Part shown: piece by piece, positions 37,943 to 47,078 of the stretch | Layout of the letters: each line of letters starts with the position of its first letter | How positions within the stretch are numbered: the stretch's first letter is position 1 | From: Candidatus Latescibacterota bacterium | GTDB taxonomy: Bacteria; Latescibacterota; UBA2968; UBA8231 | Length of the DNA stretch: 64,000 nucleotides | Direction of reading: 5' to 3' | Assembly: GCA_965243025.1 (NCBI GenBank) | Contig: CBDETY010000003.1 | Span: 3,104,001-3,168,000, forward strand | Program-made: the position numbers and the translations under genes | The notes under the pieces: model-generated | What the model was told of the DNA's origin: nothing | Seen by the model: only the letters and a program-made list of their open reading frames with translations | Database searches by the model: none

Positions 37943-39240
37943 CAGCGCTCGCGCAGGTCCCGGGCCCGCGTGGCCGAAGCCTCGAGGGCTTCCCGGGGCG
38001 AGACCTTGCGGATCAGGGCAGCCTGGACCTGGTCGTAGTTGAAGCTCTCCCACTCGGCGCCCCAGGGGGCGAGCTGCAGCTCGGAGACCCTGGCGACCGC
38101 CGCGAGCCGCCGCTTGACCCCGGCGTTGCCGAACTTGCCGAAGTGAGCCTGCACCTGAGGATCGGCGTCCAGACTCCGGACGCCGTAGCCCAGGGTGAAC
38201 TTCTCGAACCAGTCAGCGGCCGTGTGGTAGCGGCCCTCCGCGTCCTTTCCGCCCAGGTAGCCGAGCAGGGCCGCGCACCCGTCGCGGTCCCCCAGTGTTT
38301 TGGCGAGACCGTACATGCGCACGATCCCGAAGGTGCCGCGGGTAGCCCCGTCGAGGCCGGGGATCATCCCCATTTTTATCTGACCGCTGGCAGCGGCGAG
38401 CTTCGGGTCGTTGTAGCGGCTCTCGTCGTAGCGGTGCTGCATGACGAAGGCGTAGCGGCCGGCCCCGAACAGATCGCGGGTCTGGTTGACGTCGAGCTCC
38501 ACTGCGGCCGGGTCGGCGATCTTCCAGGTATGCACCGCGTCGACCATCCACTGCAGCACTTCGAGGGCGGTCCCGTCCCCGTCGGGGAATACCGGGTTCA
38601 GCTCGTCGTCGAAGAGGCGGCCGCCGCTGGCATAAACCAGCGTCCACCAGTCGACGTTGGACCAGGTGGCCTTCTTGAGTCCGAAAATCAGGGGGTATTC
38701 CGCGACCCCGGCCTTCTTCAGTTCCAGGGACTGGTCCCTGAGCTCGTCCAGGCTGGCCGGAGGACCGTCGATTCCCGCCCGGGCCAGCATCTGCTCGTTG
38801 CAGTAGAAGACCTGGATGTCGGTGAAGTAGGGAAGCCCGTAGAGCTTGCCGTCGACGCTCATGCCCGCCTTGACAAAGGGGAAGAGGTCGTTCTTCACCT
38901 CCTCGATGCCGGGCAGGCCGTCGACGGGCTGGAGATAGCCGGCGTTCACCCACGCCACCAGGTTCTCGCCGCGGACGTAGAGCGCGTCGCGAAGCCGGTC
39001 CGCCGCCGCCAGCGCCACGATGCGGGTGCCGTAGTCGGCCGGCGCGAACATCTGCATCTCGACCTTGTATCCGGGTTCCATGCTTTCGAACCGGTCGAGG
39101 TTCGCGCGCACCACCTCGGGAGCGAACGCCCACCCGGTGAGCCGGACCGCGGTCCGCGGCCAGGCGTCCCGGGGCAACATGAAGGCGGATGCCCCTGCGA
39201 GGCCGGCGGCGCTTTTCAGGAACGTTCGACGATTCGGCAT
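37939..39240 (-). CDS. Tat-exported ABC sugar-binding protein
   Basis: Tat signal MPNRRTFLK. DGKLYGLP...N..ML.RAG family-1 SBP motif. Confidence 0.9.
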   Translation of the reverse strand: MPNRRTFLKSAAGLAGASAFMLPRDAWPRTAVRLTGWAFAPEVVRANLDRFESMEPGYKVEMQMFAPADYGTRIVALAAADRLRDALYVRGENLVAWVNAGYLQPVDGLPGIEEVKNDLFPFVKAGMSVDGKLYGLPYFTDIQVFYCNEQMLARAGIDGPPASLDELRDQSLELKKAGVAEYPLIFGLKKATWSNVDWWTLVYASGGRLFDDELNPVFPDGDGTALEVLQWMVDAVHTWKIADPAAVELDVNQTRDLFGAGRYAFVMQHRYDESRYNDPKLAAASGQIKMGMIPGLDGATRGTFGIVRMYGLAKTLGDRDGCAALLGYLGGKDAEGRYHTAADWFEKFTLGYGVRSLDADPQVQAHFGKFGNAGVKRRLAAVARVSELQLAPWGAEWESFNYDQVQAALIRKVSPREALEASATRARDLRERW

Positions 39241-39310
39241 TTTCAATTCGCGTGCAGGTCCGCCGGATGCGGACCGTAAATCCTGACCTGACCTCCCTGC
39301 CATTCTCAAT

Positions 39311-39937
39311 TCACCGGTTCTGATTCATGGCTGCAAGTCTCCTGATTGCAGACGGTTCGGGGCCTTCGTCCATGCTCCTCGAGATGAGCTTGGCGCACTC
39401 CTCCGGGCTCAGCAGCGAAGTATCGACTTCAAGGTCGTAGATGCCGGGAACGTGCACTTCGCGCTGCCACAACTTGATCGGGAGAGGTATACCTTCCGAC
39501 TCGTCGACGCCCCACGTATTCCGGCGGCGCTCCATTATTACATCCAGGGGACAACGGACACCCACCAGCCACACCGGAAGTCCCCGCAACCTGCGGGCAC
39601 AGTCGATCAGGATCCCGCGGGGTTGAGAGTAGCAGTCGTGGTGGCCGACATCGACGACCACGTTCAGTCCGAGGCGGCTGTGAGCGGCTATGGATTCATA
39701 CATGGCCGCGTAGAGCGCGACTATCAGAGGTTCGAGATCCGGAGCCTCCCCGCCCGGTCTCAGGCCGATCGCCGGGCTGTAGCGGCCCGGTGTGATGTGC
39801 TTGACGAAGTTGTCGACGCCCAGGTTCATCCAGGGACCTTCAAAGGTCTCCTGGATCGCAGCGGCAATGCTCGATTTCCCGGACCTGGGAACGCCGTTGA
39901 GGATGACGATCCGTCCGGGATCGGCTGTTTCCGTCAT
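39311..39937 (-). CDS. Chloramphenicol phosphotransferase (CPT)-like P-loop kinase
   Basis: IVILNGVPRSGKSS, GLNVVVD, VGVRCP and YDLEVDTS motifs. Confidence 0.85.
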   Translation of the reverse strand: MTETADPGRIVILNGVPRSGKSSIAAAIQETFEGPWMNLGVDNFVKHITPGRYSPAIGLRPGGEAPDLEPLIVALYAAMYESIAAHSRLGLNVVVDVGHHDCYSQPRGILIDCARRLRGLPVWLVGVRCPLDVIMERRRNTWGVDESEGIPLPIKLWQREVHVPGIYDLEVDTSLLSPEECAKLISRSMDEGPEPSAIRRLAAMNQNR

Positions 39938-40557
39938 CAGGTTCTCTCGCAACCAATCACGTCAAGGCATCGCTTGGCTGAATCCTCCACGGACGACGTC
40001 GGGCCGACTTTGACCGTCTTCAGCCCAAACCGTTTGACGGCCTCGGTCATGCGTTGATTGTAGAGACAGGCCCTCCCCAGGAACTTGGTGATCATCTCCT
40101 GCCGGCTTTCAGCTCTCTCGGTAAAACGGCTCGCCTTGAAAATCCGGGTTCTCAGCAACTCTTCGCTCGGCTGCAGCCAGACCGCTGCCACGTTGGGAAG
40201 CTTCAAAATAACGACCGTGTCAGGCCAAATTGCAGAGCCTTCGAGTATCAAGCGGTCGATACTGTCGTCCATTGAGTGCCTGGTAACCAGTGCCTCGATA
40301 TCCGGCCACATATTGCGGTAATGATTCACCACTCTCTCGAAAAGCTCTTCGATGGTGAAGGATGCAAAATGCTCGACAACATGTGGCGGCAGGGGCCGCT
40401 CGTCCGGCGTCCAGGGACGTCCCGGATGACGGGCAAGCTTGTCTGTCGAAGCCTGATGCCACCCGAGCCGCTTCGCGAGAACCTGAGCGACGCTTGTTTT
40501 TCCCGAGTTCGAAGGACCACCAATCAGTATGACACGGATGTCCTCCGTTATGTCCAT
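39937..40557 (-). CDS. Small-molecule P-loop kinase (2-phosphoglycerate kinase-like)
   Basis: ILIGGPSNSGKTS...STD...HPGRPW...ILEG. TGATG coupling to the CPT-like gene. Start re-assigned to ATG at 40557. Confidence 0.7.
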   Translation of the reverse strand: MDITEDIRVILIGGPSNSGKTSVAQVLAKRLGWHQASTDKLARHPGRPWTPDERPLPPHVVEHFASFTIEELFERVVNHYRNMWPDIEALVTRHSMDDSIDRLILEGSAIWPDTVVILKLPNVAAVWLQPSEELLRTRIFKASRFTERAESRQEMITKFLGRACLYNQRMTEAVKRFGLKTVKVGPTSSVEDSAKRCLDVIGCERT

Positions 40558-40670
40558 TTGGCCATTCTGTTCAACAGGGTAGACGGAGGGGAGGACCGGG
40601 GTGAGCCTGGCGCCGTCCAGTTGCTCCAAACCACGTTCCAGGGGACCCAGGTCCCTTGTGCTGCCCCTCT

Positions 40671-41462
40671 TTAATCCGGGTCGCTTCCCACTGCGTCGAG
40701 GCGGGCCATCTCTTCGGCTCCCAACTGCCAGTCGAACAAATCGAGATTGTCGCGCAGATGCGCCGTCGAGCTCGCCTTGGGGATGACGATCATGTCCTTC
40801 TGCAACAGCCACTTCAAGGCCACCTGCGCCGGGGTCTTGCCGTGTTCGGCGGCCACCTGTTTCAGCGCCTCGTCCCGGACCAGGTCCCCCTGGGCAAGCG
40901 GGCGGTGCGCGGTCAGCACCACGCCGCGGGCGTGGCAGTGGCGGCGCAGTTTTTCGCGGTTGTGGCGCAGGTGGTACTCCACCTGGTTGGTGCAGATGGG
41001 CAGACCGGTGGCAGCCCGTGCCCGGTCGGTCTGCTCGATGCTGAAGTTGCTGATCCCGATGCTGCGGGCCTGGCCGGCCCCGTGGATTTTCTCGAAGGCG
41101 GCCAGGGTGCGTTCCACCGGCACCCCCTGGCCGGGGTGGTGGATGAGCAGGAGGTCGACGTAGTCGGTCTGCAGATCGCGCAGAATCTCCTCCATCTGCT
41201 CCAGGGTCGCCTCGTACTCCAGGTGCGAGTACCAGATCTTGGAGGTGATGAAGAGCCGGCCGCGGTCGGCTCCCACCTCCTTCAGGGTGCGGCCGATGGC
41301 ATCCTGGTTCTGGTACATCCAGGCCGAATCCAGGTGCGTATAGCCCAGCTCGAGGGCCTCTTCGACCACCGCCTGGCACTGCCTGCCGCGCAGCGTCCAG
41401 GTGCCCAGTCCGAACTGCGGGATGGTGTGGCCCGAGGCCAGTGTAATGTCAGGCACGCTCAT
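40671..41462 (-). CDS. Aldo/keto reductase (DkgB-like)
   Basis: GLGTW, D.A.MY, TSK, DLLLIH, IGISNF, NQVE and IPKAS motifs. Confidence 0.93.
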   Translation of the reverse strand: MSVPDITLASGHTIPQFGLGTWTLRGRQCQAVVEEALELGYTHLDSAWMYQNQDAIGRTLKEVGADRGRLFITSKIWYSHLEYEATLEQMEEILRDLQTDYVDLLLIHHPGQGVPVERTLAAFEKIHGAGQARSIGISNFSIEQTDRARAATGLPICTNQVEYHLRHNREKLRRHCHARGVVLTAHRPLAQGDLVRDEALKQVAAEHGKTPAQVALKWLLQKDMIVIPKASSTAHLRDNLDLFDWQLGAEEMARLDAVGSDPD

Positions 41463-41686
41463 GTCGATCCTCCTGCCTTTCCTCCATATGCGTCGTCATC
41501 TCCATAATCTCGGAAGTATCCACATATAGTCCCAGGACCGGGGCTGGCTGCGCCCTGAACAAAGCGCTGCCGCCTCGCTGACCGAACCCCAAGGTGGAAG
41601 GTGGTCCTTCTCAGAGGTCTCCCACGGCACTCGCCTGGCCTTGTATTCTTGCTTTTTTAAATCACGACTTTAAATTATCAAGGATA

Positions 41687-42865
41687 ATGATACCTCGACG
41701 GGCAAATAGATCCATCAGGACCGCATTGAAACGCCAGGCGGCGGTTGCGCTTATCGGGCCGCGACAAGTGGGAAAAACCACCCTCGCCAACGCGATCGCG
41801 GGGCAAACGGATGCCCTCTACCTCGACTTGGAGGCCGGGGCCGACCGCGCCAAGCTCGCCGATCCGGCCATGTTCCTGACCGAGTACGAGGACCGGCTCG
41901 TCGTCCTCGACGAGATCCACCGCGCACCCGAGCTGTTTCAGGAGTTGCGCGGCCTGATCGACCGGGGCAGGCGGCTGGGCAAGGGCACGGGCCGCTTCCT
42001 GATCCTGGGATCGGCATCCGTGGACCTGCTCAGGCAGTCGGGGGAAAGCCTGGCCGGCCGCATCGAGTACGTGCCCCTCAACCCGCTCGACGTCCTCGAC
42101 GTCACCGCGGCGGCGGCGCCGATGGCCGCGCTCTGGGTGCGCGGCGGGTTTCCCGGCAGCCTGCTGGCGGCCAGCGATACCGACAGCACCGCTTTCCGCC
42201 GCGATTTCATTCGCACCTACCTGCACCGCGACGTGTCCGAGCTCACGCTGCGGCGAATACCGGCCGAGACACTGGAGCGGTTGTGGACGATGCTGGCCCA
42301 CGGCCAGGGCGGGCTCCTGAACGCGTCCAGGCTGGCGGCCAGCCTGGGGGTGAGCAGTCCGACGGTGACCGGGTACATCGATCTGCTGGTCGACCTGTTG
42401 CTGGTGCGCCGCCTGCCGCCCTTCCACGTCAACGTCCGCAAACGGCTGGTCAAGTCCCCCAAGGTCTACGTCCGCGACAGCGGCTTGGTCCACGCCCTGC
42501 TCGGCATCGAAAACCACAACGCGCTGGCCGGCCATCCCGTGGCCGGCGCCAGTTGGGAGGGGTTCGCAATCGAGAACCTGTTGGCCGCGGTTCCGACAGG
42601 AACGGCGGCGAGCTTCTATCGCACCCAGGCCGGAGCCGAGGTCGACCTGGTGCTCGAACTGCCGGGCGGACGCCGACCCTGGGCAATCGAGATCAAGCTC
42701 GGCCTGACCCCCCGTCCGGAGCGCGGCTTTCACAATGCCCGCGGCGACATCGACCCGGAGCGGTCCTTCATCGTCTATTCCGGGGAAGAGCGCTATCCGC
42801 TGTCAGCGGACGTCGAGGCGATCGGCCTGCGGGAAATGGCCGCCGTACTCCAAAAGGCTGTATAG
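41687..42865 (+). CDS. AAA_14 ATPase with DUF4143 domain
   Basis: GPRQVGKT, LDEIH, LGS, GGFP, KSPKVY.RDSG and EVDL...AIEIK motifs. Confidence 0.9.
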   Translation: MIPRRANRSIRTALKRQAAVALIGPRQVGKTTLANAIAGQTDALYLDLEAGADRAKLADPAMFLTEYEDRLVVLDEIHRAPELFQELRGLIDRGRRLGKGTGRFLILGSASVDLLRQSGESLAGRIEYVPLNPLDVLDVTAAAAPMAALWVRGGFPGSLLAASDTDSTAFRRDFIRTYLHRDVSELTLRRIPAETLERLWTMLAHGQGGLLNASRLAASLGVSSPTVTGYIDLLVDLLLVRRLPPFHVNVRKRLVKSPKVYVRDSGLVHALLGIENHNALAGHPVAGASWEGFAIENLLAAVPTGTAASFYRTQAGAEVDLVLELPGGRRPWAIEIKLGLTPRPERGFHNARGDIDPERSFIVYSGEERYPLSADVEAIGLREMAAVLQKAV

Positions 42866-42884
42866 CGCCGGGACATCCGAAAGA

Positions 42885-44066
42885 TCAGGCGCTCGCGGGG
42901 GCAGAAGACGTCGACACGAGCCAGTCGCTGGGCGTCCGCACGGACCGGTCCGAACCGCGCTCCACGGCGATGGTCTCGCCGCCGGCATGAACGACGCGTT
43001 CGACGCCCTGCCAATCCTCCGGAATGCGCAGCATGTGGGCCTGGTAGTTCACCTCGACCGTGTGCCCCGCCGAAATGGCCCCGAAGCGGGGCACGCCGAA
43101 GAGCGGTCCGGCCATCATGGTGTCCATGACCCTGTGCGCCAGAGCGACAGAACCGAACTCGACACCCCATGCAGTCGTCCTGTTGCTGTACGGGAGGAAC
43201 TCGGCCGCCTCGTGCTCGTACCACAAGGTGGTCCAGGGAAACACCTGATGGGGAAAGACGTAGACGAGCAACAACCCGAGCCGGGGATTCGAGACGGCGG
43301 TGTACGCGTAGTCACCCTCCGGTTCCAGAAGGACCGTTGCAACCGCCATGTAGCGGTCTTCCGGGTAGCGGCCCAGGTCGGCGGTGCCGCGGCCGCCCCG
43401 CAGTCGGGCCGCAGGCCAGTCGAATGACTGGTCCGGCAGCAGGGGATCGGTGCCGTGGATGGCGACCGGGTTGGTATGTCCCCTCCTTGCCGGCAGGTCG
43501 AGGCGGGTCACGCCCCCTTCGACAAACGGGGGTCCCATGGTCACGTGCTGCTGGCAGAAGAACGGGGCGTCCGAGCGCCGCAGGTTGGTCGTGCGCTCCC
43601 TGATGTAGAGGGTCGACTCGCCGGGCCGTATCTCGAGGGTCCGGAGAAAGCGCATCCGCGCATCCGGCAGGTCGAGGCCGTAATCGAGGCGGGCGCAGCC
43701 GGCATCGGCCTGCTGGTCGAACACCGTCCAGGGCAGGTTCGACGCTTCGCCGTGGTGATACCCGCCGGCGGCCTCTTCGGCTTCGCTGATGTCGCCGAAA
43801 TGGTTGAGACAGAGCGAGTGGCCGGCGAGGGAGGCTAGCAGACGGCCCTCACCGGGACCGTAGGTCTCCAGATGCTTCCGCGGATCCCAGGCCTCCGGCT
43901 CGATCAACGGCCAGGGCGGTTCCCACAGGGGGTTCACATCGACATCCGGGCGGCGCAGACTCGCCAGGTGTCCGCAACCGGTCATCGCGATCACCTGCAA
44001 GGCGTCGCTCTCGAGACGAACCGCCCGGCGGCCGAGGAAGCTGGTGGTGTCGCATGTCGGACTCAC
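42885..44066 (-). CDS. Hypothetical protein, galactose mutarotase/aldose epimerase-like fold
   Basis: GHLASL...NPLW, HGE and QHVTMG motifs. Likely GTG start at 44066; the ORF extends to 44228. Confidence 0.55.
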   Translation of the reverse strand: MSPTCDTTSFLGRRAVRLESDALQVIAMTGCGHLASLRRPDVDVNPLWEPPWPLIEPEAWDPRKHLETYGPGEGRLLASLAGHSLCLNHFGDISEAEEAAGGYHHGEASNLPWTVFDQQADAGCARLDYGLDLPDARMRFLRTLEIRPGESTLYIRERTTNLRRSDAPFFCQQHVTMGPPFVEGGVTRLDLPARRGHTNPVAIHGTDPLLPDQSFDWPAARLRGGRGTADLGRYPEDRYMAVATVLLEPEGDYAYTAVSNPRLGLLLVYVFPHQVFPWTTLWYEHEAAEFLPYSNRTTAWGVEFGSVALAHRVMDTMMAGPLFGVPRFGAISAGHTVEVNYQAHMLRIPEDWQGVERVVHAGGETIAVERGSDRSVRTPSDWLVSTSSAPASA

Positions 44067-44255
44067 TGCACTCTGCTCCGGTCTGGATGTATCGCTTTCG
44101 AATCGGTCACCCTCGCCCCTCAGTTTAGGGAACAGGCGCCGAATGCCATTGTGCCGGGGAATATGGTTGCCGCCTGTACTCCGGCTCGATCCCGGCGCGA
44201 ATCCGACCGGATCCATGACCTTGAACAAGCGCCCCGCAGGTCCCGCAGGGACCTC

Positions 44256-45395
44256 TCAATAAACGCCGGGAAAGATCCGGTACTTCACCCGTGCCTGGTA
44301 CTCCGCCCACTTTTCCGCGCCGTATTTTTCCGCGCAGTGCCTGTCGTCGTCGCGTTGACGGCTGGTGAACATCGAGACGATGAAGACAAAGTATGTCCAG
44401 GCCCAGGGATTGGTGAAGTAGCCGAATACCAGGGCGATCGACAGGGCGAGGAACCCCTCGCCCATGTAGTTGAAATGGCGGGCGACGCCCCACAGGCCGC
44501 TGCACAGGATCTTGCGGTCGCCGGCCTGGATGTACTCCGGCTCGATGAGCCCGAGGAATTTTCGCTCGGGCCATCGCTTGAAGGTGTATTTCTGCATGTT
44601 GGCGCCGCGCGAAATGGCCCATCCTGACAGAAACAGCGCAGCCGTTCCGATCAGCCAGAAATTCTTCCAAGCCGGCGAGAACCCTGGGTCGGGATAAACG
44701 GCCATGCCCCACAACGGGAGGATGAACAGCCACCCGTAGACCACGAGGCAACCCCAGAACAGCTTGAACCCGAGATCCTCGTGGATCAGATCGTAGGTAT
44801 ACAGCTGCACGCGCTCGAAGATGAAGTAGTCAAGTATGTAGAACGTGAAGAACGCCGCATACAGGAAAACGCCCGGATTGGAATCTTCGCCAAAAAGCTG
44901 GTAGTGGTAAGCGGCCCCGGACAGGGCGTTGAGCGACAGCATCGTCCCCCCGACGACATACATATACATCTTTACGTCGATGCGTTCGTTCAGGAAAGAC
45001 AGCTCCCGGGCCCGGCCGAACCACAGCGCCAGAAGCGGGTTCTTCACCTTGCCCGGCGCCTGGCTGAACACCGCAATGATGGTAAAGAGGGTGGCGAACA
45101 CCGTTCCCCCGGCCACGGCGTAAATCGAAGACCGGAAGAACCAGTCGCGCGGCAACCCGGTGAGCTCGAGCGCCCATACGATCAGCGCGACGGCGAACAC
45201 GAGCAGTCCGTTCAGCCGGTAGCTGCGGGGTTCGCCGGTCTCCGGATCGACGACGTACCCGGAAACCCGCCTCCCGGGCAATATGAGCTGCACCAGGAAA
45301 AACAGGACGTAGATCACCAGCGGGGTGAAGAACCCCGCAACCGCCTCTGTCCGGGAAAGCTCGACAAGGTGGCTGATGCCAAGCCATTCAATCAT
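44256..45395 (-). CDS. ERG4/ERG24 family sterol reductase (Delta14/Delta7-type)
   Basis: Multi-TM. Y.LNG, DLIHEDLGFKL.WG, ANMQKYTFK, SGLWGVARHFNYMGE and RDDDRHCAEKYG motifs. Confidence 0.85.
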   Translation of the reverse strand: MIEWLGISHLVELSRTEAVAGFFTPLVIYVLFFLVQLILPGRRVSGYVVDPETGEPRSYRLNGLLVFAVALIVWALELTGLPRDWFFRSSIYAVAGGTVFATLFTIIAVFSQAPGKVKNPLLALWFGRARELSFLNERIDVKMYMYVVGGTMLSLNALSGAAYHYQLFGEDSNPGVFLYAAFFTFYILDYFIFERVQLYTYDLIHEDLGFKLFWGCLVVYGWLFILPLWGMAVYPDPGFSPAWKNFWLIGTAALFLSGWAISRGANMQKYTFKRWPERKFLGLIEPEYIQAGDRKILCSGLWGVARHFNYMGEGFLALSIALVFGYFTNPWAWTYFVFIVSMFTSRQRDDDRHCAEKYGAEKWAEYQARVKYRIFPGVY

Positions 45396-45612
45396 GATTG
45401 ATTACCCCTTCCTCCGTGACGCGGTCATAATGCAACCCGGGCTCAAGGGCGGTCAACAGCACCCTGGGCGCCAAAGTGGCGCGACAGAGTCGACGATCCT
45501 TCCATGGCCGCCCCCGGCGAGCGGAGATCCCGGATTTCGCCGGTGACGACCGCGGCCTGCCGCTGCATTCCTTCTTCCGCCAGGAAGGAGGCCGCCCTGA
45601 TGAGCAGGGTTG

Positions 45613-47049
45613 TTACGGCACTGAGGAATGCGTTCCTGCAAACAGCTCCTTGACCAGCGTCCGGGCACGCTCGACCACTGTTTCGAGGCAGCCGGGGGCG
45701 AGCTTGGCCCAGTAGGTGACGTCTTCGTTCGCCTCGTGTCCGCCTCGGTCGTACGCCGCCCGCGTCGGCAGGTACCCGACATACTTCGAGGTGAGGTGCG
45801 CCGGAAACAGAAAAGGCGCCGCCGAGTTCGTCTTGAGCGCGAGCTGGCCTTCGACAAACGGTTCCCCGGGCAGGCCGACCACGCCGAGATCGCCCATGCG
45901 GAAGGCCTGGATTTCGTAGGGAAACTCGGTTTCCCGCTGCCGGCACAGCTCGACGCTGCGGGTCGATGCCGCCCGGAACCATGCCCGATCCACTTCCCCG
46001 TCTGCCCCGCGCGGCGGCTGCGGGTTCCCGGCGAGGATCGCCTCGACCTCGCGCAGGCGCTCCGCCGGAATCTCGCGGAAGGGCAGGCCGACCTGTTCGA
46101 CTCTGCAATCCAGCGCGGCATTGTCGGCGAACGCCATATCGCGAACGATCCGTTCGCTCATCAGGGCCAGTTCGCGCCCCATCCGCCGGTGGTCGGGCCG
46201 GAAGTCCGGGTCGAAGGGATGCCATGGGTTGATGTTGCCGCAGCAGCCGTTGACGACCAGCGGCACCGTCTCGGAGCCGAAAAGCTGCTGCATCTCCCGC
46301 GTCCAGGCGCCGGGCCAGTCCGCCGACACGGCCCGGTAGGTCCCGGGGCACCCGAAAACATTGACCGGGTGACAGGTGAAATGCAGGAGAAAGGCCAGCG
46401 GCCTCATGTCCATGTCCCGGACGCAGCAGACGCCGACCTCCGGGTCCATCGGACCTTCGAGATAGCAGATTTCCGCGTTCCCGAACGGCTGTTCCTCCCG
46501 GCCCCGCGGTTTGGGCATGGCGATGGTGCCGTCCCGGCGAATTCCCCGGCGGTTGAAGGCCAGGTCCCCCAGCACCCCGCGCCCCAGACCGATGCGCACA
46601 GGTTGCAGCCTCCCCACAGCTTCAACCGCTGCTTCCACCGCGGCGGCGGCGGCCCGGTCCCCGAAGGCGCGCTCGCCTCCGCGGAGGTACTCGGTCTTCT
46701 CGGTGGTGTCCAAGGGGAAGTCAGGGTCCAGCAGGAAGTACCCGAGGCTCGGGGCGGAGTGGGTCTGGGTCGCCTGGACCATGATCGCCTCGGGCGGGAT
46801 GCCGGTTTGCTCGCCGATGGCAGCGCGGATCCGGTCGGTGTAGTCGCCGGTGACAATGGTGAGATCGAGGATCACCATGCAGACGCGCTGCTCCCCCGCC
46901 TCGAAGACGATGGCCTTGGCAAAGAGCGGGTCCATCACCGCTTCGGACGGGCGGTGCTCGCCGGCCCCGCTTCCCGCCAGGTGGGTCCCCGGCGGCGGGG
47001 TGATGTCGATCATGGCGGCGCCGGCTTTCAGCAGGCTGGCCTCAGGCAT
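45613..47049 (-). CDS. Neutral/alkaline ceramidase-like amidohydrolase
   Basis: AG.AMIDITP, DPL.AKA, ATQTHSAP, FTCHP, SADWPG, GNINP, PGEPF and GYLPT motifs. Confidence 0.75.
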   Translation of the reverse strand: MPEASLLKAGAAMIDITPPPGTHLAGSGAGEHRPSEAVMDPLFAKAIVFEAGEQRVCMVILDLTIVTGDYTDRIRAAIGEQTGIPPEAIMVQATQTHSAPSLGYFLLDPDFPLDTTEKTEYLRGGERAFGDRAAAAAVEAAVEAVGRLQPVRIGLGRGVLGDLAFNRRGIRRDGTIAMPKPRGREEQPFGNAEICYLEGPMDPEVGVCCVRDMDMRPLAFLLHFTCHPVNVFGCPGTYRAVSADWPGAWTREMQQLFGSETVPLVVNGCCGNINPWHPFDPDFRPDHRRMGRELALMSERIVRDMAFADNAALDCRVEQVGLPFREIPAERLREVEAILAGNPQPPRGADGEVDRAWFRAASTRSVELCRQRETEFPYEIQAFRMGDLGVVGLPGEPFVEGQLALKTNSAAPFLFPAHLTSKYVGYLPTRAAYDRGGHEANEDVTYWAKLAPGCLETVVERARTLVKELFAGTHSSVP

Positions 47050-47078
47050 GGTTTATCTCTCGGGGCAACCAGGGTCAA

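Noticed and set aside
39311-39937. Calling this a bona fide chloramphenicol resistance gene
   Set aside because: Family membership alone does not establish the substrate.
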